Notes: generated from the sequence alone by a model not told the origin. 64,000 nucleotides of DNA from Minisyncoccota bacterium (GCA_040879435.1 JBBDKG010000012.1:2755-66754); one strand, 5' to 3'; positions 18,099 through 27,262 are shown, counted from the stretch's first letter. Numbers and translations are program-made.

Positions 18099-18461
18099 CT
18101 ACTTCACTGATGTAACGATTTTGTTGAAAATCTTTTGTATGAGGTGGCCCACTAAACCAAGAAGTGGGATTGTGATCAAAGCAAAAACAAGCAACCTAGC
18201 AAAATGCATCGACTCAGTTGTTGAATACGAAAACGGGAACAGACTAACAATGATGCTAGTAAGAATGTAAGGAAGATGTGCAATTGCTACAAATTGTGAA
18301 TCTTGAACTAAATCACACTGGTTATCAATGCTTCTACAAGAATCCACGGAAAATAGTCCGCAGTTGAAACAACCAGAGTTTACAACGTAAATATTTACGA
18401 TAAGCAGAAAGATTCCCGTGACAACACCTATGTACATTCCTTTATGGCCCAAAGTCAACAT
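18099..18461 (-). CDS. Cys-rich small membrane protein (120 aa), very low GC
   Basis: About 3 TM helices and the central cluster SGCFNCGLFSVDSCRSIDNQCD. GC is about 38%. It lies 29 nt downstream of the LCAT-like gene on the same strand. Confidence 0.45.
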   Translation of the reverse strand: MLTLGHKGMYIGVVTGIFLLIVNIYVVNSGCFNCGLFSVDSCRSIDNQCDLVQDSQFVAIAHLPYILTSIIVSLFPFSYSTTESMHFARLLVFALITIPLLGLVGHLIQKIFNKIVTSVK

Positions 18462-18490
18462 ATCAATCGTAGTCTAGCACGTACCACTTC

Positions 18491-20932
18491 TTATGAACTG
18501 ATTTGTACACGCATCGCAACCAACTCCTCATACAATGCAACTAGCTCCGTGAGAAGCTGAACGATCTTGGCCTCTAGATAAAGTGACGAAGAGGTAGAAA
18601 TCCCTGCCACCTGAGGCGTCGGAGCAGACGAAGAGCGTCGCCCACCTCCGCCGGAACTCGCCTCAGAGCCCGTCTCATCTTCTGTATCGACTTCGTCCTC
18701 TTCAGACGCCTCTGGAACAGTGACATCTCCCGTTGCAGACACAAGCACATCCACTGTACCGTCGCCGTCAATATCAACCTCGATAACAGGTGAAGTCTCA
18801 TCACCGATCACAAAAGTTGCCGTAGTACTCGCAGTTGTATCAATATCGGGATACACGGCAAGTTCTTCTGTCGTGTTTTCGGAAAACTGAGCTATACGAA
18901 TTGTCGTTGAACCCGTGCCGGTACCCTCGTACACAAACGTATACTCACCACCTTCTGGTACGAAAATATACTGACTTTCGCCGTAGATGAGATACGTACT
19001 TCCGTCGATCCCTTCCAACACTTCGTTGTCTTTAACACCAGTGAAGTTACCGCTGCCATCATATACACCGAGAAGCACCGGCGAATGAGCGCTCACTAGA
19101 AGCATACCGTCAAAGAACGACGTGTCAGGTTTAGTACTAACGAGAACATCCGACGCGATAATGCTCTCGTTACTGATAAGTGACGCGAGTGCTGATTGTA
19201 TCGGTGCGGCATTCAGCAGGTACGCATGACTTGTGTCTGTGCCGGTCTGTTCCTTGAATTCCTGCTGGTTGAAATAATATGTTTCAGCGTCGTCATACGC
19301 GTCAGCACTTGTATAGATCACAACTCCATCCCCTTCAGGTGTGAACTGGGGGTGGTATGTTAGCTCATCGTGCTCTTCGGTATACAGTACTCCTTTCACC
19401 GTCGGTAGTCCCCATCCCACGATCTGTACCACGTCGATGTTTTCAGGCATGGAGTAATCATCTTGTGTGTCGTGAAGTGAGTCGGCGTTCGACAGCAAGT
19501 TTGCACTCAAGATCGTGGGTGTATTGAGATCATCGGCAGCTGGATCACTTCGCGCTACACCAGAGCCGGTCAGGAATTCGCTGACACTTTCGTAGTTTGA
19601 AACTGCGTACCCCCACTTTGCATGCCACTCTTGCGTATGCTGACTCAATGCATCAAAAAGTATAACCGGGTCAGTGATTGTGTCGAAATATTTACGCGAC
19701 GGAAGGAGGTTGTATGAACTTTGCATGTTTTGTGCAATCAGCCTTACTTCTTTGGAAGACACAATCAAGTCGTTAGAGACTTTTCTAAGATCAGAATAAT
19801 TAGGAATCCCCTCTCCATCTCCATGCAACAGCGAAGCGACCGCCTGTGGTGTCCCGAGTTGAGGGGAGCCGACCATCACGAAATTATCAAACAGATTCTC
19901 TAAACCACGTGATTCCATTTCACGTATGATGGCCTTCCCCATAATTCCACCCATCGAGTGCCCCACAATGGTCACCTTGCCGGTCTGTGAATCGTCGGCA
20001 ACTTCTTTGATCTCTTCTATGAGGTCAACGACTCCCTCAGCAGTCTGTACTCCATCGGCGATGATGGTTTCGGGTGCAAGCCGCCAGTCATACGGAAGCG
20101 ACTTCCATTCTTCGATAGCGCCGGTAGACACCAGCTCATCTGCATAATTAGAGAACGGCTGATACACGGACGAGCCTTTGAAATCATTAAGAATTCCGTC
20201 CACATACACACTCTCTGTGCTTGACCCATCTCCATTCAATGCAAGTTGCCCAAGATCATTACTACCGGCTGTCGGTGGCCACAACGTATCGTTACCGACG
20301 AGACCATCCTTTCCCAAGACACTACCCTTTATGCCAGGAAGAAATACGACGCTTGAGCAGCACTCATCATATTCAGATGCTTCAACGACCGTAAAGGTAA
20401 TGGTCTCAGCTAGCACCATTTCGTCCGACGCCTGTGCGAACACTGTCGGAAGAATATACTCTCGGATACTCCGAAAGATGCCTTGATAGACAAGGTCAGG
20501 TTCTTCGAACTGAAGCTCATATATCTCAAGCTCATACATGCCCGGTTCCGCAGTGAACGGCACCGCCTGCGGAATTCCATTCGCAAATCCGATCGGCACC
20601 TCACTCACATATTCCCGCTCAGTGGAAGTACCATTGTCGGAAACAGCGTATAAATGTGATTCCACTGTTGATGCACTGCTACCGCTCCATGTAAAGGAAA
20701 TATAGTGTTGTCTATCAAGATACGCTTCGTAAGTATCACCATCGAACAGGTCGGTGGGAGTGACAATCGGTTCAGACAACTCCTCACCTGCCGCATTGTG
20801 GGTCTGGATACTATGGACGACGACATTTGACTGCGATGCATGCACAGATTGTGCGTAAACAGAAAGTGCCGCACATGTGATCAATATTGATACACCCCGA
20901 TAGAAGTGCGCGTATGTGGTTCGCGCTATCAT
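18491..20932 (-). CDS. secreted LCAT-like (PF02450-type) alpha/beta-hydrolase, phospholipase/acyltransferase-like, 813 aa
   Basis: Signal peptide. LPYDWRLAPE matches the LCAT family PYDWRL motif. Nucleophile elbow VTIVGHSMGG (GxSxG). The C-terminus has a VDIDGDGTVDV segment, an SSGGGGRRSSS linker and an amphipathic tail. Confidence 0.7.
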   Translation of the reverse strand: MIARTTYAHFYRGVSILITCAALSVYAQSVHASQSNVVVHSIQTHNAAGEELSEPIVTPTDLFDGDTYEAYLDRQHYISFTWSGSSASTVESHLYAVSDNGTSTEREYVSEVPIGFANGIPQAVPFTAEPGMYELEIYELQFEEPDLVYQGIFRSIREYILPTVFAQASDEMVLAETITFTVVEASEYDECCSSVVFLPGIKGSVLGKDGLVGNDTLWPPTAGSNDLGQLALNGDGSSTESVYVDGILNDFKGSSVYQPFSNYADELVSTGAIEEWKSLPYDWRLAPETIIADGVQTAEGVVDLIEEIKEVADDSQTGKVTIVGHSMGGIMGKAIIREMESRGLENLFDNFVMVGSPQLGTPQAVASLLHGDGEGIPNYSDLRKVSNDLIVSSKEVRLIAQNMQSSYNLLPSRKYFDTITDPVILFDALSQHTQEWHAKWGYAVSNYESVSEFLTGSGVARSDPAADDLNTPTILSANLLSNADSLHDTQDDYSMPENIDVVQIVGWGLPTVKGVLYTEEHDELTYHPQFTPEGDGVVIYTSADAYDDAETYYFNQQEFKEQTGTDTSHAYLLNAAPIQSALASLISNESIIASDVLVSTKPDTSFFDGMLLVSAHSPVLLGVYDGSGNFTGVKDNEVLEGIDGSTYLIYGESQYIFVPEGGEYTFVYEGTGTGSTTIRIAQFSENTTEELAVYPDIDTTASTTATFVIGDETSPVIEVDIDGDGTVDVLVSATGDVTVPEASEEDEVDTEDETGSEASSGGGGRRSSSAPTPQVAGISTSSSLYLEAKIVQLLTELVALYEELVAMRVQISS

Positions 20933-20970
20933 TGACCGTACCCTACCATAAAGACTTCATGAAGCAACTG

Positions 20971-21011
20971 TTTCAATACAAAAGAACACCCCGCGCAAAG
21001 CGCGAGGTGTT
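20971..21011 (-). terminator. intrinsic terminator downstream of the ABC exporter ATPase gene
   Basis: About 11-bp stem aacaccccgcgc/gcgcgaggtgtt with one mismatch and loop aaa. The minus strand continues cttttgtattg. Confidence 0.6.
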
Positions 21012-21018
21012 GGTTTTA

Positions 21019-21792
21019 TCAGGGAACAAATCCCTGCTTGTCAGCCAGTCGTTTGAACGTTGGCGAACGGTCATACAACTCGTCCAGCGAGTCGCATGCC
21101 GCTTCGACCTGCGGTTCTCCACTGGCACAGTCGGACAACCGCCGAAGCACGATGTAGTGGTTGCAGTTCCGCAGCGTCGAAAACCGATGCGCGATCACCA
21201 AAGCTGATATGCCTTGTGAGAGCGCAGTATCGATACCCTGCTGCACAGACTCCTCCGTTTCTGAATCGAGTGAGGACGTCGCCTCGTCCACGATGAGAAA
21301 CTCCGGTTGTTTGATGAGCGCCCGCATCACACAGATACGCTGCTGCTCACCGCCGGAAAGTTGGAGACCCTGCTTCCCAACCTTTGTATCGAGTCCGTGT
21401 CCATTGAACCGCGTACGCATTTCTGGAGACACGAGATCAATGATCTTCCAGATCTCGTCGTCCGTCATGGACCCGTCCACTTGGAACGGCATGGCGAGAA
21501 GAATATTCTCTCGTACCGTCCCACTGATGATCTCCGGACGTTGAAGGATCACACCCATGTGCGCGAGTACGGAAGAGAGATTGTACTCAGACAATGGTCG
21601 ATCGTTAATGTATACGACACCTTCATCAGGGTCACGTTTTCGGATCAAGAGGCCAGCGACCGTACTTTTTCCAGCGCCGGAGGCGCCAATAAGTGCGACA
21701 CGCTTCCCGTCAGGGATCGAGAAACTCACTCCCTTCAGTACCGGCTGCTGACCAGGGAAGGTCACGCCGACGTTCTCGAAACGTATGTGCAT
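21019..21792 (-). CDS. ABC exporter ATP-binding subunit (stand-alone NBD)
   Basis: Walker A IGASGAGKST, signature LSGGEQQR, Walker B FLIVDEATSSLD. The start ATG overlaps the upstream TMD gene stop (TAATG). Confidence 0.85.
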   Translation of the reverse strand: MHIRFENVGVTFPGQQPVLKGVSFSIPDGKRVALIGASGAGKSTVAGLLIRKRDPDEGVVYINDRPLSEYNLSSVLAHMGVILQRPEIISGTVRENILLAMPFQVDGSMTDDEIWKIIDLVSPEMRTRFNGHGLDTKVGKQGLQLSGGEQQRICVMRALIKQPEFLIVDEATSSLDSETEESVQQGIDTALSQGISALVIAHRFSTLRNCNHYIVLRRLSDCASGEPQVEAACDSLDELYDRSPTFKRLADKQGFVP

Positions 21793-22846
21793 TACGAACT
21801 CCTTTCGTAGATAGTGCCTTTGTTGAAGTGGAATAAGGACGGTTTCGAAAGCTTCTCACGCGTCGCCTTGATCCTTGCGACATTCGCAGTAAGGTGACGC
21901 ATGAAGTGTCCAACGAGCCCGAACCGTTCAGTGAGTAGGAAGAACCACGCGGCGATCGCGAGAAAATCCCCGACCGTCCATAGTTCGCTGTAGATGCCGT
22001 ACCCCAGAAAGAGCACGGGGGTTACATAGTTGATACCCTTACGGACACTTTCCACATAGATGAACCAGTATGCCCATATCTTGAGATCGGCCATGAGTGG
22101 TTCTGCCACCTCCTGCGCGATCTGCTGCTGCATCTTCTGTTCGACACCCGCTGCCTTCACCGAATAGGCAAAGTACATCTTCTCCACCATGCGGCGATTT
22201 GCAGTGCGGAACTGCTCGTCGAGATCCCCCATCTTTTCATCGATGCGGGTGTTGAAGTAGAGGAACCACAGCACGTTGAGCACCAAGAGTCCGAACGCCA
22301 CGAGTCCCGCACGCCAATCGACAACGCCCATAAAGATAATTGCGGGCGTGATCGACGCAAGCACTTGTGGAGATTCAAACAAAAGCATGTACAGAATGTT
22401 CTCGACCTTGTCCTTGGTCGATTCGATCTGTTCAGCTCCGACCTCACTACCGTCACCAAGCAACTCCTCAAGTATCCGCTCGTAGAGCTTCCGGACGAGT
22501 GAATTGACCACACTCGAATAGTTGCTGTTCCATGCCCGTTCACGGTAGTGGTCATGGAGAGATATCAACGCAACCGTACTGAGTCCGGCACCACCGGTAC
22601 CAAATACAAGCCACAAGAGCGCAAGGTTGGTCTGTCCTGCGTGCATCGCGTCAGCGACGAACTTCCAGGTATACGGAATAAACATCAATGTGAACATTGC
22701 AGCGATCAAAAAGCAAATCGCCTTCTTCGCATTGGTGCGAGATTCCTGTTCGATGATCTCAGTCCATATCCATTTGATCCCCTCAAACATCTCACGATAC
22801 ACATCACGCGTTTCGCGCATGACTCTCGAGAATGTACTCATCATCC
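21792..22846 (-). CDS. ABC exporter transmembrane subunit (type I exporter TMD, six TM)
   Basis: ABC_membrane-like 6-TM topology. Start placed at ATGATG preceded by SD AAGGAG (MMSTFSRV); the track's upstream extension lacks an SD. Confidence 0.7.
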
Positions 22847-22873
22847 TTCTCCTTTCAAGGTACAAAAAGAACA

Positions 22874-22903
22874 AAAACATCTTGCCGGAAGACAAGATGT
22901 TTT
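22874..22903 (-). promoter_or_regulatory. terminator-like hairpin in the 5' leader of the ABC exporter operon (candidate attenuator)
   Basis: Perfect 11-bp stem aaaacatcttg/caagatgtttt. On the minus strand it is followed by tttttgttcttttt, then SD AAGGAG and the ATG at 22846. Confidence 0.45.
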
Positions 22904-23175
22904 GATCACATAAAATAAAGAGAGATTTACGTCGTCATAACATATTGCCTACACACGGATACGCCCGCGCCACCCATGAAAAGTGGGGTCACGAAAGCAC
23001 GCACGATAGAAAGCTTGTTCTGCTCCCAGATGTGCGCTCGGGTATCTGCTGTTGTATATGCAATAGTTCGCATGCCCATATTTAAACATACTATGGATTA
23101 TTGTCAAATCTCACACGTTAATACCCAGCTTCATGATGCAAACAGCAAAAAGCATGGGAAAATGAAGCTATCATC

Positions 23176-23403
23176 ATGATATTCGCTGCCTCGTTCCCCA
23201 CCCTCCTTGGTCTCTTGTTTTTCACACTGCTTTTCCTTTTCACGATCTACTCGTGCATGCTCGGCTACCACTGGTTCACATACGGCACCAGCGTGCACAA
23301 ATCACGCTTGTCGCTCTCCATATACCTTGCCGGCGCCGGCATCCTCTTTCTGATCATGGGTATCATCCTCTATACGCTTTCAATCGTCCCGTATGCTTAT
23401 TGA
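23176..23403 (+). CDS. small membrane protein (75 aa, 2 TM)
   Basis: Two hydrophobic helices. Overlaps the downstream PH-domain gene by 11 nt (YdbS/YdbT-like pairing). Confidence 0.5.
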   Translation: MIFAASFPTLLGLLFFTLLFLFTIYSCMLGYHWFTYGTSVHKSRLSLSIYLAGAGILFLIMGIILYTLSIVPYAY

Positions 23404-23965
23404 AAAGATCGAGTTCAATACTGATGAGGAAGTGCTCCTACAGGCGCAGCGGCACTGGTTCGTATTGATCACACAACTTTCCTTTCCGTTCACGCTCGCG
23501 ATTCTGCCACTTATAGCCCTCATACTACTCGGCACGCCACTCATCGGCGGAACGCTGCCGATAGACATCAATGCATATTCGCCGACGATCTCGTTCCTCT
23601 ACGCTGCGTGGCTCCTCATCCTCTGGATGTTCGCCTTCAATATTTGGACCAACCACTACCTCGACATCCTCATACTCACCAATGAACGCATCATCCTGAT
23701 CGACCAGAAAGGACTCTTTCACCGCCGGGTCGCGAGCTTCCGTCTTGAACGTCTGCAGGACCTGCACGTTGAAGTGGACGGCATTGTTGCAACCTTCTTC
23801 GACTACGGCACCGTGCACGCCGAAACGGCTGGACATAGTGAGGAGGAATTTCGTGCATACGGCATGCCGCGACCACGCGAACTCAAGGCGGAGATCCTGA
23901 AAGCAGCAGACACTATGATCGACGAGTACCGCGCACGACCACGTGTGGCGGGTGATGATGTCTAG
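23393..23965 (+). CDS. membrane-anchored bacterial PH domain protein (bPH_2/DUF304-like)
   Basis: Two N-terminal TM helices followed by a roughly 90-aa soluble domain, the YdbS/YdbT-like architecture. Called on architecture only. Confidence 0.5.
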   Translation: MLIEKIEFNTDEEVLLQAQRHWFVLITQLSFPFTLAILPLIALILLGTPLIGGTLPIDINAYSPTISFLYAAWLLILWMFAFNIWTNHYLDILILTNERIILIDQKGLFHRRVASFRLERLQDLHVEVDGIVATFFDYGTVHAETAGHSEEEFRAYGMPRPRELKAEILKAADTMIDEYRARPRVAGDDV

Positions 23966-24363
23966 TCGGTCGTTTTGTTGAACCACTCCTCCGGAAACGC
24001 TTCCGTCTCCATATTAGGAAGCGCGGTCATAAGCGCATACTCCCACGTGGCTCCATTGGAGGATTCCCAGTCCGGCAAAAAGAAACCCTTTGATATCAAC
24101 CCGGTCTCAAGGATCGGGCGGTGGTAGTATTCCATCACGGTCTCCCACGGAAGATTCGCCTCCTTAATGCGTTCTTCGTCATCGGTATCGAAGTAGTCAA
24201 AGACGGTATAACCCTTCTCCCGAAGAATACGGGTCGCTTCGTTAAAGCGTCGGAGATTCTCATCGTACCCTCTGCCACCACTGGTGAGCGGGCCGAAAAC
24301 ACGCACCACCGGTGGCGGCAGCGTCTTGAGACGCTCAATAGCCTTCTGCGCCAATTCAGCCAT
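23962..24363 (-). CDS. hypothetical protein (133 aa); weak resemblance to nucleoside 2-deoxyribosyltransferase-like/DUF4406 fold
   Basis: Start placed at the ATG preceded by SD AAGGAGAGGAG (MAELAQKAI). VVRVFGPLTSGG resembles a Rossmann-like start. The family assignment is speculative. Confidence 0.35.
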   Translation of the reverse strand: MAELAQKAIERLKTLPPPVVRVFGPLTSGGRGYDENLRRFNEATRILREKGYTVFDYFDTDDEERIKEANLPWETVMEYYHRPILETGLISKGFFLPDWESSNGATWEYALMTALPNMETEAFPEEWFNKTTD

Positions 24364-24512
24364 CAGCTCCTCTCCTTTTGTATCGGGGTTCCCCGGTCCC
24401 TTTTCCATTTGGTGAGTATAGCAGTCATGGAGTGTCGTATGAAGAACTTGACTTTGTATTAACTTAGTGTTACAATGCAAACCACCCTACTGAACAAACT
24501 TGGGAGGACATA

Positions 24513-25196
24513 ATGCAACGAACCAAAACGGTATCGACCGGACGGGTCGTTCGTCGATCCTTCCGTGTTCGCTTGTGGGTACTGCTCTTTGTCATGATCT
24601 GCGCGGTCGCAATCATAGCCGTGATGCAGTATCGCAGCACGTTCGCAGTTACCTGTCTCAACAGCGCACCCAATCCTCCGGCGGCTGCTTCCTTCACCGG
24701 AAGTCGCGCCGTAGTGACAATGGTTCATGCGAAAGCAATGGACCTCGGACTCACATTCATGGAGTCACGTCACGATGTGCGGCGTGCTCATGCGACAGGA
24801 AAACTCGTACGTGTCCGTGCAGGCAGTGATCTCACGCTGCACAAGGTTTCGCATCCGTACGGACTGCCGGCAACTTCACTCTTCTTGAGCAGGTTGTCTG
24901 CACAGTATCGTGCGGCGTGTGGCGAGAAACTCGTTGTCACAAGCCTTGTGCGCACCACGGGACAGAACTCACTGATCCCAAACGCATCCACACGGTCGGT
25001 GCATCCGACCGGCATGGCAGTTGATCTGCGTGTGCCGGCGAATGCTACCTGCCGCAGGTGGCTGGAACGCGTCCTCATCTCGCTTGAATCAGGTGGCTAC
25101 TTGGAAGTAACGAGGGAAAAACATCCTCCGCACTTCCACATAGCGGTCTATCAATGCGAGTACGCGGATTACGTCCGCCGTCAGAAGGGAGGATAA
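24513..25196 (+). CDS. membrane-anchored LAS/M15-family (VanY-like) zinc peptidase-like protein
   Basis: N-terminal TM. SVHPTGMAVD fits the M15 SxHxxGxAxD motif. A later His cluster KHPPHFH. SD GGGAGGA upstream. Confidence 0.5.
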   Translation: MQRTKTVSTGRVVRRSFRVRLWVLLFVMICAVAIIAVMQYRSTFAVTCLNSAPNPPAAASFTGSRAVVTMVHAKAMDLGLTFMESRHDVRRAHATGKLVRVRAGSDLTLHKVSHPYGLPATSLFLSRLSAQYRAACGEKLVVTSLVRTTGQNSLIPNASTRSVHPTGMAVDLRVPANATCRRWLERVLISLESGGYLEVTREKHPPHFHIAVYQCEYADYVRRQKGG

Positions 25197-25198
25197 GT

Positions 25199-25831
25199 AT
25201 GACAAGTGCTTCAAGACGTGGCCGGCGCAAGCCGACCACGTCGAGCAAGACCATGCGCACACGCCTACTCCACAGCGTGTGGCGTGTGGTCACGTGGCCA
25301 ATCCGGACACTGTGGTACATGGTCCCGCTTCGCTACAGACGCATCGGCATCGGCGTTTCGATCATCGCCGCAGTGGCGATCTTCGAACCGTTCACGCCTG
25401 CCCATACACTTTCGCTTGCACTCTACTATGAAGCGCGTGACGAACCGTGGATTGGCAGGAGAGCGGTGGCGGCGACTATTTTCAACCGCCGCGACGACCG
25501 GCGTTTCCCGAACACTGTCGCGGAGGTCGTTAATGACGGCCGAGAACGTGGCCGCTTATGCGACTTTTCCTTCATGTGTGATGGGAAAAGTGATCTTCCA
25601 TGGGTCCACCACTACAGCAAGTGGGGTGCCTGGCTTCGATCTCGGTTTGAAGGCTATGTGTACTCAGGCTTCGACGCCTTGGGCATATACCCCGACCCAA
25701 CTGGAGGTGCGCTCTTCTACAAGCGCACCGACGCAAGATCGCCGTACTTTACGGAAAAGATCAGGTTGGGCGAATTTGAACGGGTTTCCGGAAGTTTCGG
25801 TGCCCATGAGTTCTTCCTATATCGAAAATAA
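25199..25831 (+). CDS. SleB/CwlJ-family cell wall hydrolase (Hydrolase_2)
   Basis: ALYYEARDEPWIGRRAVAATIFNRRDDRRFPNTVAEVV matches the SleB-type EARGE...AVAxVIxNR...FPNT core. N-terminal TM. SD GGGAGG upstream of the ATG at 25199. Confidence 0.65.
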   Translation: MTSASRRGRRKPTTSSKTMRTRLLHSVWRVVTWPIRTLWYMVPLRYRRIGIGVSIIAAVAIFEPFTPAHTLSLALYYEARDEPWIGRRAVAATIFNRRDDRRFPNTVAEVVNDGRERGRLCDFSFMCDGKSDLPWVHHYSKWGAWLRSRFEGYVYSGFDALGIYPDPTGGALFYKRTDARSPYFTEKIRLGEFERVSGSFGAHEFFLYRK

Positions 25832-25835
25832 GCTG

Positions 25836-25870
25836 GGGCCTGCGCAGTGCGCGGGCCCTTTTCTGTTTGT
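25836..25870 (+). terminator. intrinsic terminator
   Basis: 10-bp stem gggcctgcgc/gtgcgcgggccc with one GU pair and loop agt, then cttttctgtttg. Confidence 0.6.
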
Positions 25871-25895
25871 CTTTTCCGTCTCTTTCCCATACAAT
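25867..25895 (+). promoter_or_regulatory. sigma70 promoter TTGTCT-17-TACAAT for hisS; near-leaderless
   Basis: -35 at 25867-25872 and -10 at 25890-25895. The ATG at 25906 is only 10 nt past the -10, so the leader would be about 3-4 nt. Confidence 0.45.
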
Positions 25896-25905
25896 CAAAC
25901 GAACC

Positions 25906-27246
25906 ATGGCAGACAAAAATCTCCCCACCGAGCCATACAAAGGTGTCCGCGACTTCTACCCAGACGACATGGCCGTCCAGCGGTACATGTTCGATGTCTG
26001 GAGCCAAACGGCAGAATCCTTCGGCTACGCCCGCTACGACGCCTCTGTACTTGAACCGGCAGAGCTCTACAAAGCAAAAGGAGCCGAGAACGAAGAACTA
26101 GTAAACGAACAGACATACACGTTCACCGACCGCGGTGACCGACAGGTGACGCTGCGCCCGGAGATGACCCCGACCGTCGCGCGCATGATCGCGGCGAAAC
26201 GCAAAGAACTTGCCTTTCCTGTCCGCTGGTACTCCATCCCGAATCTCTTTCGCTATGAACGCGCGCAACGTGGACGATTGCGCGAACACTGGCAACTTAA
26301 CTGCGATATCTTTGGCACCGATGAGCGCGCCGCCGATGTGGAGATCATTGCGCTCGCATACCAGACATTTCTAAACTTTGGTGCAGACCCAAGCATGTTC
26401 GAGATTCGAATCAACGACGCTGCAGGAATGCAGACTACCTTTTCTGATGCCAATTTCTTTGATTTATCAGCTGAGCAGTCACGTCGTTTACGAAAACTGA
26501 CGGATCAGAGGCGTAAATTGAAAGTTGAAGACTTTGAAGTAGGAGCGGCTGATATTTTTGGGGCTGACACCCACAAAACAAATTTATTTATTAAATCTTT
26601 AGACTGTCCAGATCCTGCTAGTTACCTTGCATGGATCTCACAAAATGCTCAGAATCCCGTTGAAAATCCTCTTGAGTATACAGGATATATCAACGCCAGT
26701 GAGATACTCGATGGACTTCGCACTCTGGGAATTACTAACGTTGTATTTGACCCTTCGATTGTGCGTGGCTTTGATTACTACACCGGCGTGGTCTTCGAGT
26801 TCTTCGACACCGACCCTGCGAACCGACGCGCGCTCTTGGGCGGCGGCCGCTACGACAACCTCACCGAACTCTTCGGCGGTGAACCGATCCCCGGCATCGG
26901 GTTCGGGTGGGGTGATGTGACGCTGCGGGATTTCCTTGAAACACACAACCTCCTCACCGCCGACATCACCGCACCAACTATTATGGTCGCCCCGACCGAT
27001 CCGTCGCTCAATATCGCCGGCCAGAAGATCGCACAAGAGATCCGCGCGAGTGGCCTTTCCGTTGCGGTCGATATCTCAAACCGAAAGATCGGCAAGAAGA
27101 TCACAGCTGCAAGCGATGCGTTCGTGGAGTATGTACTCGTACTCGGCGAGGATGAGATCGCATCGGGAACGTATAGTGTGAAGAATCTCACCACCGGCGA
27201 GCAACTCTCTGGTACACTCGAAGAGTTGTGTGAACAGCTCGTCTAG
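25906..27246 (+). CDS. hisS: histidine--tRNA ligase
   Basis: Class II aaRS motifs and the HisRS-like N-terminus YKGVRDFYPDDMAVQRYMFDVWSQTAESFGY; motif 2 RQVTLRPEMTPTVARM. A roughly 100-aa AT-rich insertion domain at 26440-26760. Confidence 0.85.
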   Translation: MADKNLPTEPYKGVRDFYPDDMAVQRYMFDVWSQTAESFGYARYDASVLEPAELYKAKGAENEELVNEQTYTFTDRGDRQVTLRPEMTPTVARMIAAKRKELAFPVRWYSIPNLFRYERAQRGRLREHWQLNCDIFGTDERAADVEIIALAYQTFLNFGADPSMFEIRINDAAGMQTTFSDANFFDLSAEQSRRLRKLTDQRRKLKVEDFEVGAADIFGADTHKTNLFIKSLDCPDPASYLAWISQNAQNPVENPLEYTGYINASEILDGLRTLGITNVVFDPSIVRGFDYYTGVVFEFFDTDPANRRALLGGGRYDNLTELFGGEPIPGIGFGWGDVTLRDFLETHNLLTADITAPTIMVAPTDPSLNIAGQKIAQEIRASGLSVAVDISNRKIGKKITAASDAFVEYVLVLGEDEIASGTYSVKNLTTGEQLSGTLEELCEQLV

Positions 27247-27262
27247 TACTCCGCCCTGAACA

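Noticed and set aside
21019-22895. Possibility that the TMD and NBD are one frameshifted (pseudo)gene
   Set aside because: The exact TAATG stop/start overlap is a common genuine coupling arrangement, and both ORFs are intact. Kept as a finding and not called a pseudogene.
22976-23179. 67-aa plus-strand ORF in the exporter's upstream region
   Set aside because: No SD and low-complexity product. The minus-strand uORF-plus-hairpin interpretation explains the region better.
25867-25905. Track start of hisS at the TTG at 25867 (MSFPSLSHTIKRT...)
   Set aside because: This start would overlap the upstream terminator and the promoter elements. The ATG at 25906 gives the canonical HisRS N-terminus.
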